64,000 bases of DNA. Origin: a bacterium. Its GTDB lineage: Bacteria; Auribacterota; UBA3054. Shown piece by piece: positions 1 through 8,080 of the stretch. The translations under genes were made by a program, and so were the position numbers. The DNA lies in the NCBI GenBank assembly GCA_017963805.1, contig JAGCTE010000037.1, positions 30,074 to 94,073 on the forward strand, read 5' to 3'. A model generated the notes under the pieces. That model did not search any database. It was not told the origin of the DNA and saw only the letters and a program-made list of their open reading frames with translations. The stretch's first letter is position 1; each line of letters opens with the position of its first letter.

Positions 1-1
1 G

Positions 2-1645
2 ATCACTTCTTCCGGCAGCGCCTTCGACACCGCCGGCTCCAACTATCCCCTGAAGAAGGATCCCGCCAGGACGGAAGACCAGCGCGTCGAAAGGACGGCC
101 GCCCTCGGCGGCGCCAGCTCCTCGATGGCCGCCACCGGTGACGACTGGCGCCAGCAGCAGTCCCGCCAGGTCATGAACGAATACCTCCAGGATCCCGGCA
201 AGAAGCAGGAGCTGACCACCTTCATGAAGGACGAATATGAGAAGGAAGCCGAAGCGCAGCAGGCCAGCGACGCGCTATTAAGGCTTTACCAGCAGAGCAA
301 TCCCGACGCCGTTCCTCCTCCCGTCAGCAAAGTTTCCGCTTCCGCTTACGTAAAGGAGCAGGTCAAAAAAGAGGAGGGACCGCTGAGCGAGATCGCGGTC
401 ACCGAGATCAGGAAAGAAGAATACGAGACCAAGCCGGTCCAGAAAATAGAGAACGTCTGGGCGCCCGTGCCCGGGACGGAAGTCAAGACTCAACCTTCCT
501 CCCTGTCCGTGCAGACCGTTGCAGCGACTGAGAAGCCGCGCGTGACGGAACAGACCTACACCGCCCCTGTCGTCGAGGCGCCGAAGCCTTCCGTGTCCCA
601 GCCTGTGAGCCGCGTCCAGTCTTCCAGCTGGCAGACCATTTCCCAGGCCGAGGATTTCAACGAAGTCGTGACCAGCGCTCCTCCCAAATACAGCACGGTC
701 TCCTCGTCCGAACTGGCCGGCTTCAACGCCAACAGTTCCGTCGTCGTCTCCGAGCCGCCGAAGCACACTTACAACGCGACCGGCTCCGCCCCCGTCTTCA
801 GGGATGTCTCCGGCAACGTTTCCGGCACGACCGCGGTCATAGAGACCAAGCCCGCCGAGACCAAGCCTGTCGTTTCCAATTACGCGCCCTCTTTCAAGGT
901 CGAAACGAGCGTTCCCGTAAGCGAACCCACCGTCAAGGTGACCGCCAACGTCAGCAAGCCGAGCTTTGAAATAGCGGCTCCGGAACAGCCCAGAGCGCAG
1001 CTTTCGACCGTCAACGTAACGGCCGAGGCGAAAGAGAACCCCGCCGACGAGCTCGTAAGCAGCATTATCCCTGCTTCGACCGAGCCCAGGGAGCAGGCCA
1101 TAACGATCAGCGTCACGACCAACACCGGCCTCAGAGTGACCAGGGAAGTGACGAAGCCCGCTTTCGAAGACGAAAAGCCGAAAGCTGAAGAGCAGCCTGC
1201 CAAGACTACGACCGGAGTCACCATAACCGACGAGGAGCTCGTCTCCGTCCTGCCCAAGGGCCTTACTGAAGAGAACGGCGACCTTAACAAAGACGCCATC
1301 GTGAAAGCCCCCGAAGGCACGAGGATCCGCACCTTGCCGGAAGCCGGCCGCGTTTCCACCGCCATCAGCCAGGAACAGTACCAGAGAACTGTGGAAGACA
1401 GGAACGTGAAGGACTATTCCAGCGAGACGACTCTGATCAACAATTATAAGAAGGCCTACTCCCTGGTGCAGAAAGCCGAGGCTTACCAGAACCAGAACGA
1501 CACGGTCAACGCCCGCTTCTACTACGGCCAGGCCCTGGATTCCTTCAACGCCCTGAAAGCGCAGGCTCCCCCCAACTGGCGCCACATGGACGTCCTTGAC
1601 ACCCGCATCCAGAAGTGCCGCGAGGAACTTCACCGCATCGACTAA
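2..1645 (+). CDS. Hypothetical low-complexity protein, 5' end outside the window
   Basis: Frame 2 is open from nt 2 to TAA at 1643-1645, with no stop before the first ATG at 125. The product is P/S/T/V/E/K-rich and probably disordered. It has a C-terminal helical TPR-like stretch (YKKAYSLVQKAEAYQNQND..FYYGQALDSFNALK). No family recognised. Confidence 0.5.
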   Translation: MTSSGSAFDTAGSNYPLKKDPARTEDQRVERTAALGGASSSMAATGDDWRQQQSRQVMNEYLQDPGKKQELTTFMKDEYEKEAEAQQASDALLRLYQQSNPDAVPPPVSKVSASAYVKEQVKKEEGPLSEIAVTEIRKEEYETKPVQKIENVWAPVPGTEVKTQPSSLSVQTVAATEKPRVTEQTYTAPVVEAPKPSVSQPVSRVQSSSWQTISQAEDFNEVVTSAPPKYSTVSSSELAGFNANSSVVVSEPPKHTYNATGSAPVFRDVSGNVSGTTAVIETKPAETKPVVSNYAPSFKVETSVPVSEPTVKVTANVSKPSFEIAAPEQPRAQLSTVNVTAEAKENPADELVSSIIPASTEPREQAITISVTTNTGLRVTREVTKPAFEDEKPKAEEQPAKTTTGVTITDEELVSVLPKGLTEENGDLNKDAIVKAPEGTRIRTLPEAGRVSTAISQEQYQRTVEDRNVKDYSSETTLINNYKKAYSLVQKAEAYQNQNDTVNARFYYGQALDSFNALKAQAPPNWRHMDVLDTRIQKCREELHRID

Positions 1646-1656
1646 AGGTGATCAGC

Positions 1657-2235
1657 ATGAAATTATTCCCCCTTATAGCCGGTCTTCTCGTTCTCACCCT
1701 CGCGACAGGGTGCGAGAGGGATCATTCCGCCGACGCGCCGATCAGCATCCTCGGCTACACCCTTGGCTCTCCCCAGCGCGAGGACAACATCAAGAAGCTG
1801 CACATCCCGCGCATCTCTTACGTGCCTGAAAAGGTCAACGAGCCGCATCTTCTGATGGAAGTCACGAACCAGATCATAAGCGAGTTCACGAAAGAGCAGA
1901 CCTACGAAGTGGTGCCCACGGCCGCGGAGGCTGACGGCGAACTGAGAGTCCAGCTCGTCGATCTGGTCTTCAGGCCCACGCAGTTCGTCGACAAGAAAGA
2001 CAACGCCAACGCCGCCGGCGTGGCCACGGCTTTCCGGGCGGTCGTCTACGCCAACATCACCATGTACGAATACCAGGACGGCGAGCCCGTCGCCATCTGG
2101 AGCAGAAGCAGGGTGAGGGGCAAATACGACCTCCTTACGACCGACGACATCTCCCAGACGCGCCACCAGGCCATCCTTCTGGCTTGCTCCGACCTTGCCC
2201 AGCACATCTGCGAGCAGGCGGTCGAGCGCTGGTAA
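1657..2235 (+). CDS. Putative lipoprotein, tentatively LptE-like
   Basis: The ATG at 1657 is preceded by AAGGTG about 8 nt upstream; the track ORF starts earlier, at 1615. The N-terminus MKLFPLIAGLLVLTLATGC carries a lipobox. Size (~190 aa), lipoprotein nature and position just upstream of a Kdo/Lpt operon suggest LptE, but no diagnostic motif was seen. Confidence 0.45.
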   Translation: MKLFPLIAGLLVLTLATGCERDHSADAPISILGYTLGSPQREDNIKKLHIPRISYVPEKVNEPHLLMEVTNQIISEFTKEQTYEVVPTAAEADGELRVQLVDLVFRPTQFVDKKDNANAAGVATAFRAVVYANITMYEYQDGEPVAIWSRSRVRGKYDLLTTDDISQTRHQAILLACSDLAQHICEQAVERW

Positions 2236-2287
2236 TTATAAAGAAAACAAATAACAGATTAAATAAACAAAAAACAAGGAGACAAAC

Positions 2288-2518
2288 ATGTCTAAAGAAT
2301 GCGATATCTGCGGCAAGAAGCCCTCTGTCGGCAAAAAGGTCATCCGTCACGGTATTCCGAAAAAGAAAGGCGGCATCGGCTTGCACACCACCGGCATCTC
2401 TGTGCGCCGCTTCATGCCGAACCTTCAGAAGGTCCGCGTCAGAACCGAAGACGGCACCGTTCTTACCGCCACTGTCTGCGCCCGCTGCATCCGCTCCGGC
2501 AAAGTAACGAAGGCCTAA
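2288..2518 (+). CDS. rpmB: 50S ribosomal protein L28
   Basis: 76-aa basic protein beginning MSKECDICGKKPSVGKKV..RRFMPNLQKVRV, the typical L28 pattern. AAGGAG RBS upstream and an AT-rich leader. Confidence 0.9.
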   Translation: MSKECDICGKKPSVGKKVIRHGIPKKKGGIGLHTTGISVRRFMPNLQKVRVRTEDGTVLTATVCARCIRSGKVTKA

Positions 2519-2528
2519 AGAACCGCGC

Positions 2529-3266
2529 ATGTCCCTCAACGTTGGGATAATTCCGGCGCGCTACGCGTCGACGCGCTTTCCCGGCAAACCCCTGAAACTG
2601 TTAAGGGGCTTGCCGGTGATAGCCCATGTCTGCGCGGCGGCCGCCAAAGTCAGGAATCTCTCAAACGTTTACGTCGCCACCGACGACGAAAGGATCGCTG
2701 AGGCGGTCGCGGCCGCGGGACATACGGCCATCATGACCAGAAGCGATCATTGCTGCGGGACGGACAGGATCGTCGAGGCTTTGGGAAAGCTCGACGTCAC
2801 CCCGGACATCGTCGTCAACATCCAGGGCGACGAGCCTTTGATCGACCCCCTCGCCGTTGAGAAGGCCGTAGACGCCCTGGAAAAGTCCGACGCCGACTGG
2901 TCCACGCTCGTCTATCCCGTAAGCCAAGAAGAGGCCCAGAATCCCAACAAAGTCAAGGTCGTCCTCGACCGGAAGGGGAGAGCGCTGTATTTTTCCAGAT
3001 CGCCCATCCCTTATCCCAGGGACGGCTTCAAGGCCTCGTATCTCGCCCACATCGGGCTCTACTGTTACAAGAGGGAGGCGCTCCTGAATTTTGCCGGAAT
3101 GCCGGCCTCTCCCTTGGAGCAAAGCGAAAAACTCGAGCAGCTGAGGGCGCTTGAGAACGGCATGAAGATCGTTTGCGTTGAAGTTCCCGGCGCCGCTCCC
3201 GGCATAGACACCCCGGAAGATTTGGCCGCTACGGAAAAGATCTTAATGGAAAGGGAGAGATCCTGA
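2529..3266 (+). CDS. kdsB: 3-deoxy-manno-octulosonate cytidylyltransferase (CMP-Kdo synthetase)
   Basis: N-terminal IIPARYASTRFPGKPL and NIQGDEPLI motifs typical of KdsB. 245 aa. Stop overlaps the kdsA start (TGATG). Confidence 0.9.
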   Translation: MSLNVGIIPARYASTRFPGKPLKLLRGLPVIAHVCAAAAKVRNLSNVYVATDDERIAEAVAAAGHTAIMTRSDHCCGTDRIVEALGKLDVTPDIVVNIQGDEPLIDPLAVEKAVDALEKSDADWSTLVYPVSQEEAQNPNKVKVVLDRKGRALYFSRSPIPYPRDGFKASYLAHIGLYCYKREALLNFAGMPASPLEQSEKLEQLRALENGMKIVCVEVPGAAPGIDTPEDLAATEKILMERERS

Positions 3267-4141
3267 TGACTGAAAGCAAATACGACATCAGCGTTAGCGC
3301 CGCGCCGGAAAAATTCGCGACGCGCAAGGTTAGGATCGCGTCGTTTTCAGCGGGCGGCGGAGAGAAGCTGTTCTTCATGGCCGGCCCCTGCGTTATAGAA
3401 TCCCCCGACAAAGTTTTGGAAGAAGCCCTTGAACTGAAAAAGATCGCGGAGGAAAAAGGCTTCTCCCTTGTTTTCAAAGCGAGTTTTGACAAGGCGAACC
3501 GCACTTCGGTCAGCAATTTCCGCGGCCCCGGACTGGTAAAGGGACTCGAAATTCTCGCCGAAGTGAAGAAAGAAACGGGTCTGCCCATAGTCACAGACGT
3601 CCATGAGAGCTGGCAGGTCGAGAAAGTCGCCGCCGTCGCCGACGTCATCCAGATCCCGGCTTTCCTCTGCCGCCAGACCGACCTGCTTGTCGAAGCCGGC
3701 CGCAGCGGCCGCGTGATAAACATAAAGAAAGGCCAGTTCGTGGCCCCCGAGACGATGGCCCAGGCCGTGGCGAAGGTCGCGTCCACCGGGAACGAGAATA
3801 TTATGCTGACGGAAAGAGGCGCCACTTTCGGCTACGGAAACCTTGTGGTCGACATGCGTTCGCTTTCCATCATGCGCAGAATGGGCGTGCCCGTCATTTT
3901 CGACGCGACGCATTCCGTGCAATTGCCGAGCGGGCAGGGAAGCTGCTCGGGCGGCGACAGGACGTTCGTCCCTATTTTGGCCAGAGCCGCCGTAGCGGCC
4001 GGCGTGGACGGCGTTTTTATGGAAGTTCACCCCGACCCCGACAAGGCGCTCTGCGACGGCCCGAACAGCTGGCCGCTCTCAAAGTTCGCCTCGCTCACCG
4101 AAATGCTTATGAAAGTTGACGCGTGCGTCAACGGAGAATAG
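3266..4141 (+). CDS. kdsA: 2-dehydro-3-deoxyphosphooctonate aldolase (Kdo8P synthase)
   Basis: 291 aa. FFMAGPCVIES, KASFDKANRTS, QIPAFLCRQTDL and FDATHSVQ blocks are characteristic of KdsA. Confidence 0.92.
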   Translation: MTESKYDISVSAAPEKFATRKVRIASFSAGGGEKLFFMAGPCVIESPDKVLEEALELKKIAEEKGFSLVFKASFDKANRTSVSNFRGPGLVKGLEILAEVKKETGLPIVTDVHESWQVEKVAAVADVIQIPAFLCRQTDLLVEAGRSGRVINIKKGQFVAPETMAQAVAKVASTGNENIMLTERGATFGYGNLVVDMRSLSIMRRMGVPVIFDATHSVQLPSGQGSCSGGDRTFVPILARAAVAAGVDGVFMEVHPDPDKALCDGPNSWPLSKFASLTEMLMKVDACVNGE

Positions 4142-4143
4142 AT

Positions 4144-5100
4144 ATGGATCATCTTACCGTAGCCAGAAATGTCCTGAAACTGGAAGCCCGCGCCATAGAC
4201 GACATCTCGAAAAGCCTCGACGAATCTTTTGCCAAGGCAGTCGAATTGATGTACGCCTGCAAGGGGCGCGTTATCGTCCTCGGCATGGGAAAATGCTTCC
4301 ACATCGCGAGGAAGATCGCGGCGACCTTGGCCTCCACCGGCACTCCCGCCTTCGCGATTCATCCGGGCGAAGCCTTCCACGGCGACCTCGGCATGGTCAT
4401 GAAAGGGGACGTCGTCCTGGCGCTCAGCAACAGCGGCGAGACCAGCGAAGTCACGGCCATCCTCCCTTGCCTGAGGCAGAGGGGCGCCAAGCTCATCGCC
4501 ATGACGGGCCGCAAGGATTCCACTTTGGCGAAAGCGGCCGACGAATTCATTTCCTCCTACGTCCCCAGGGAAGCCTGCTCTTTCGGCATGGTGCCGACCT
4601 GCTCTTCAACCGTGCAGCTCGCCCTTGGCGACGCGCTCGCCATGGCCTTGGTCGAAAAAAGGAACTTTACGGAAAAAGACTTCGCCCTGCTGCATCCGGG
4701 CGGCGCATTGGGCCGCAAGATGATGAAAGTCGAGCAGCTGATGAGGACGGGAGAGCGCCTTTGCAAGGTCAGCCCCGACACCATCGTCAGAGACGCGGTC
4801 GTCCTCATGACCAAGACCAAGAACGGCGCGGCCTGCGTGGTCGATTCCGACGACAAACTGTGCGGCTTCTTCACGGACGGCGATTTCCGCCGCGCGATGC
4901 TGAACGATCCGGAGGCCATCATAAGACCCGTCTCCGAAGTCATGATAAAGGAACCGCACACCATCACTCCCGGCTACCTCGCTTCTGAAGCCGCCGAGAT
5001 CATGGGCGGGACGGTGAAGAAATTCTCGCAGCTGCCCGTCGTGGACGAAAACGGCAAACTGCTCGGCCTTCTGGACGACGACGAACTTATAGGAATGTAA
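4144..5100 (+). CDS. kdsD: Arabinose-5-phosphate isomerase (SIS + tandem CBS domains)
   Basis: SIS-domain motifs (GRVIVLGMGKCFHIARKIAATL, LALSNSGETSE) followed by CBS-like repeats. I chose the ATG at 4144, which has GGAG 8-9 nt upstream, over the GTG at 4123 used by the track. Confidence 0.88.
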   Translation: MDHLTVARNVLKLEARAIDDISKSLDESFAKAVELMYACKGRVIVLGMGKCFHIARKIAATLASTGTPAFAIHPGEAFHGDLGMVMKGDVVLALSNSGETSEVTAILPCLRQRGAKLIAMTGRKDSTLAKAADEFISSYVPREACSFGMVPTCSSTVQLALGDALAMALVEKRNFTEKDFALLHPGGALGRKMMKVEQLMRTGERLCKVSPDTIVRDAVVLMTKTKNGAACVVDSDDKLCGFFTDGDFRRAMLNDPEAIIRPVSEVMIKEPHTITPGYLASEAAEIMGGTVKKFSQLPVVDENGKLLGLLDDDELIGM

Positions 5101-5102
5101 AG

Positions 5103-5654
5103 ATGCCCCATTGGCAGGACAAAAACCCCACTCCGGAACAGATCGCGGCGCTGCGCTCCATCAAAGCCATCGCGGTCGACATCGACGGCGTCATGACGGA
5201 CGGCGGCATCATCTACGGGACCGCCGGCATGGAATTGAAGCGCTTCGACTGCAAGGACGGCTTGGGCGTCAGGCTCTGGCTGAAAGCGGGGTATGATTTC
5301 GCGGTCATCACGGGGTGGGAATCCGTCGCCGTCAGCGAACGCGCTCAGGATTTCGGCCTCAAATACGTCTACCAGAAATGCGGCGACAAGGCGGAAGTCT
5401 TGAAGCGCTTTTCCATAGAGTGCGGCGTTCCCTTAAGCGAGATCTGCGTCATAGGGGACGACATCATCGACATCCCCATGATGCGCAAATCGGGTCTTCC
5501 CGTGGCGGTGGGCGACGCCAGTTATGAAGCGAAGGAAGCGGCCCAGCTGGTTACTCTGAAAGCCGGAGGAAGAGGCGCTGTCAGAGAAGTGATAGAATAT
5601 ATTTTGAAAGGTCAGTCCCTTTGGGAAAAAGTCATAGCCGATTATTATGTTTAA
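5103..5654 (+). CDS. kdsC: Kdo8P phosphatase (HAD superfamily, KdsC type)
   Basis: 183 aa. IKAIAVDIDGVMTDG (HAD motif I) and GDDIIDIPMM (motif IV) in KdsC-like spacing. Sits between kdsD and lptC, as in the E. coli yrb locus. Confidence 0.85.
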   Translation: MPHWQDKNPTPEQIAALRSIKAIAVDIDGVMTDGGIIYGTAGMELKRFDCKDGLGVRLWLKAGYDFAVITGWESVAVSERAQDFGLKYVYQKCGDKAEVLKRFSIECGVPLSEICVIGDDIIDIPMMRKSGLPVAVGDASYEAKEAAQLVTLKAGGRGAVREVIEYILKGQSLWEKVIADYYV

Positions 5655-6153
5655 ACTGCTGATTTTGATCCTGCTCCTCGCGTCTCCTCTCATTTCGGAG
5701 GAAAAGGCCCCCGCGCAAACGGCGGTCTCGGCCACCAAGAACGTCAAGTCCGGCAACAGCCGCGACGAAATGCTCGACGAGATGGAGATGCTGGACGGCG
5801 TGACGCTTATGGAAGTCGACGAGACGGGCGACCGCCGCTGGGTCCTGGAAGGGTCGAGCGCCAAGCAGTCCGGCCCCGTCAAGATACGCGTCTTCAACGT
5901 TATCGTCACGCTCTTCAGGCGCGACGGATCGGTCGTCAAGCTTCTTACGGAGTACGCCGACGTCAACAGGGAGACGGGCGAGATCGAGACTGACAAGACC
6001 GTCCAGCTCCTGGACGGCGACAGAGTGATAAAAGGCCGCGGCCTCTACGTCATCTACAACAAGGACAAGAAGGAATGCAAGCTTTTCCACGACGTCGAGA
6101 TCAAGGCCAAGATAGAGAAGAACAGCGTTGATGTTTTCAAAGCGGGGAAATGA
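5647..6153 (+). CDS. lptC: LptC-like LPS export component
   Basis: 168 aa with an N-terminal membrane anchor (MFKLLILILLLASPLI) and a beta-rich body. Located between kdsC and the OstA-like genes. The call rests on position and architecture only. Confidence 0.6.
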   Translation: MFKLLILILLLASPLISEEKAPAQTAVSATKNVKSGNSRDEMLDEMEMLDGVTLMEVDETGDRRWVLEGSSAKQSGPVKIRVFNVIVTLFRRDGSVVKLLTEYADVNRETGEIETDKTVQLLDGDRVIKGRGLYVIYNKDKKECKLFHDVEIKAKIEKNSVDVFKAGK

Positions 6154-6689
6154 CAATGAAGCTCAAAACGTCGATATTCATACTTTTGTGCGCGGCTCTC
6201 TCCCTCTTCGCGAAAGACGAGGAGAAGAGCGACGTCACCATCAATTCCGACGAGCTGAAGTACTCCTTCGAGGAGAACACGGCTTATCTTAGGGGGCACG
6301 TCGTCGTGACCGACGGCGAGCGCAAACTGACGACCGACAACGCCACCGTCTATTTCGAGGACGACAAGAAGGGCGGCGACCAGGCCGTCGAGGAACTCGG
6401 GCTTAAGGGCGTGGACGGTTTCTCGCGCGTCGTGGCCGTCGGCAACGTGCACGTCGTTTTCAACGACCAGACCAACACCAAGACGGAGGTCATAGCCGAC
6501 CGCGGCATCTGGGAAAAGGCCCAGAACAAGGTCATCATGACCGGCGGTCCGCCCATCGTCCGCAACGGCTCCAACTACATCCGCTGCCGCCGCCTTACGG
6601 TCGACCTTCTGAAAGCCAAGTGCGACTTCGAGTCTCCTGAGATCATTCTTACGCCCTCCAGCGAAGACAAGGAAAAATTCTTATTCTAA
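6150..6689 (+). CDS. lptA: LptA/OstA-like periplasmic LPS transport protein (copy 1)
   Basis: Signal peptide followed by OstA_N-like strands (VTINSDELKYSFEENTAYLRGHVVVTDGERKLTTDNATVYF). ATGA overlap with lptC. Confidence 0.65.
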   Translation: MTMKLKTSIFILLCAALSLFAKDEEKSDVTINSDELKYSFEENTAYLRGHVVVTDGERKLTTDNATVYFEDDKKGGDQAVEELGLKGVDGFSRVVAVGNVHVVFNDQTNTKTEVIADRGIWEKAQNKVIMTGGPPIVRNGSNYIRCRRLTVDLLKAKCDFESPEIILTPSSEDKEKFLF

Positions 6690-6702
6690 AAGGGAAACGC
6701 TC

Positions 6703-7218
6703 ATGCTTAAAAAAATCAGTCTTTTATTAGCGCTTCTTCTCTGCGGAACGCTTTTCGCCGAGGAAGGCAGCGGCCGCGTGATGATCACGGCCGACTCCAC
6801 CACCATGGAGACTAACGGGACTTTCGTCCTCACGGGCAACGTGAAGCTTACGTCCGTGGACGCTTTCGGCACGGCCGCCAACCGCGTCACGAACGTTTCC
6901 GTCAGGGCGGACAAAGCCATCGTTTACCAGGACCAGTCGACGCACGACATCGGCAAGATCGAAGCCCTTGGCCGGGTCCTTATCCGCACTTCGCAGGGCA
7001 CGGTGACCGGCAACAAGCTTACCTACGACGCCGTGAAAGACACTTTCAGGATGACCGGAGAGCCGATAATGCGCGACCTTAGGGGCAACACCGCCTCGGG
7101 TTCCGCCATAACCTGGGACAACCGCCACAAGAAGCTCAGCCTGGACGACGGCGCCCGCATCACATTGAACATCCAGGACGGGAAGCTAAGGCTTCCGAAC
7201 ATCAAGGAGGAAAAATGA
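6703..7218 (+). CDS. Second LptA/OstA-like periplasmic protein (copy 2)
   Basis: Signal peptide (MLKKISLLLALLLCGTLFAEE) followed by OstA_N-like strands (MITADSTTMETNGTFVLTGNVKLTS..ADKAIVYQD). 4-nt overlap with lptB. Confidence 0.6.
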   Translation: MLKKISLLLALLLCGTLFAEEGSGRVMITADSTTMETNGTFVLTGNVKLTSVDAFGTAANRVTNVSVRADKAIVYQDQSTHDIGKIEALGRVLIRTSQGTVTGNKLTYDAVKDTFRMTGEPIMRDLRGNTASGSAITWDNRHKKLSLDDGARITLNIQDGKLRLPNIKEEK

Positions 7219-7964
7219 GCGGAGATTTCACGCCTCCCAATGACGCCGTCCTTTACACTGAGAAGCTGGTCAAGACTTACAATCAGCGCAACGTGGTAAA
7301 AGGCGTCAGCATCCATGTCAACAAAGGGGAGATCGTCGGTCTCTTGGGCCCCAACGGCGCCGGCAAGACGACGACCTTCTACATGATAGTGGGCATCATC
7401 CGTCCGAACCAGGGCCGAGTGGTCTTCCAGGGCAGGGACATCACCAACGACCCGATGTGCGACCGCGCCCAGCACGGCATCGCGTATCTGGCGCAGGAAC
7501 CCTCCGTCTTCAGGCGCATGACCAGTTTCGAGAACATCATGGCCATTATGGAAACGCTGCCCATGAAACGGGACGAGATGAAGAAGAGATCCTATGAGCT
7601 CTTGGAAGAGCTCGGCATCTCAAAACTCGCCAAAAGCAAGGCTTACACGCTTTCCGGCGGCGAAAGGCGCCGCCTCGAGATCGCCCGCGCGCTGGTCACG
7701 AGCCCCTCTCTCATACTGCTCGACGAACCTTTCTCGGGCGTCGACCCTATAGCCGTGGCGGACGTTCAGCAGATCATCAGGGAACTGAAGAACCGCGACC
7801 TCGCCATCCTGATCACCGACCACAACGTGAGGGAAACGCTCTCCGTGACCGACAGGGCCTACCTTATCAACCAGGGCGAGATCCTTATAGAAGGCTCCGC
7901 GGAGAAGCTTATCAACGATCCGGAAGCCCGCAGGATCTACCTTGGGGAAGATTTCAGGATCTGA
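7215..7964 (+). CDS. lptB: LPS export ABC transporter ATP-binding protein
   Basis: Walker A GPNGAGKTT, signature LSGGERRRLEIARAL and Walker B LILLDEPFSGVD. ~250 aa, in LptB-typical context. Confidence 0.9.
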   Translation: MSGDFTPPNDAVLYTEKLVKTYNQRNVVKGVSIHVNKGEIVGLLGPNGAGKTTTFYMIVGIIRPNQGRVVFQGRDITNDPMCDRAQHGIAYLAQEPSVFRRMTSFENIMAIMETLPMKRDEMKKRSYELLEELGISKLAKSKAYTLSGGERRRLEIARALVTSPSLILLDEPFSGVDPIAVADVQQIIRELKNRDLAILITDHNVRETLSVTDRAYLINQGEILIEGSAEKLINDPEARRIYLGEDFRI

Positions 7965-7993
7965 TTTTTTCCTTAAAATTTGGAAATTTTTCC

Positions 7994-8030
7994 GACGCCC
8001 CGTTCGTATGTTCGAGCGGGGCGTTTTTTT
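7994..8030 (+). terminator. Rho-independent terminator of the kds-lpt operon
   Basis: The stem cgccccgttcg (7996-8006) pairs with cgagcggggcg (8013-8023), with one wobble. A T7 run follows at 8024-8030, about 30 nt after the lptB stop. Confidence 0.75.
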
Positions 8031-8038
8031 GCTAAAAT
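8030..8038 (+). promoter_or_regulatory. Candidate extended -10 promoter (TGCTAAAAT) for giant paralog A
   Basis: TGnTAnAAT-type element abutting the terminator T-run, ~43 nt upstream of the ATG at 8081, in an AT-rich gap. No clear -35. Confidence 0.35.
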
Positions 8039-8080
8039 ATAAATATATGTGTTTTATTTATAAAAATCTGGAAGCCTGAC

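Noticed and set aside
2236-2287. Promoter or regulatory leader upstream of rpmB
   Set aside because: The gap is AT-rich and has a good AAGGAG RBS. The best -10 candidates (TAATTA, TATAAA) lack the TG extension and spacing seen at the other sites, so I could not support a specific element.
4116-4988. 290-aa Arg-rich alternative-frame ORF overlapping kdsD
   Set aside because: It is the +1 frame of a clear SIS/CBS-domain gene. The product (RHRRHLEKPRR...) is an out-of-frame artefact.
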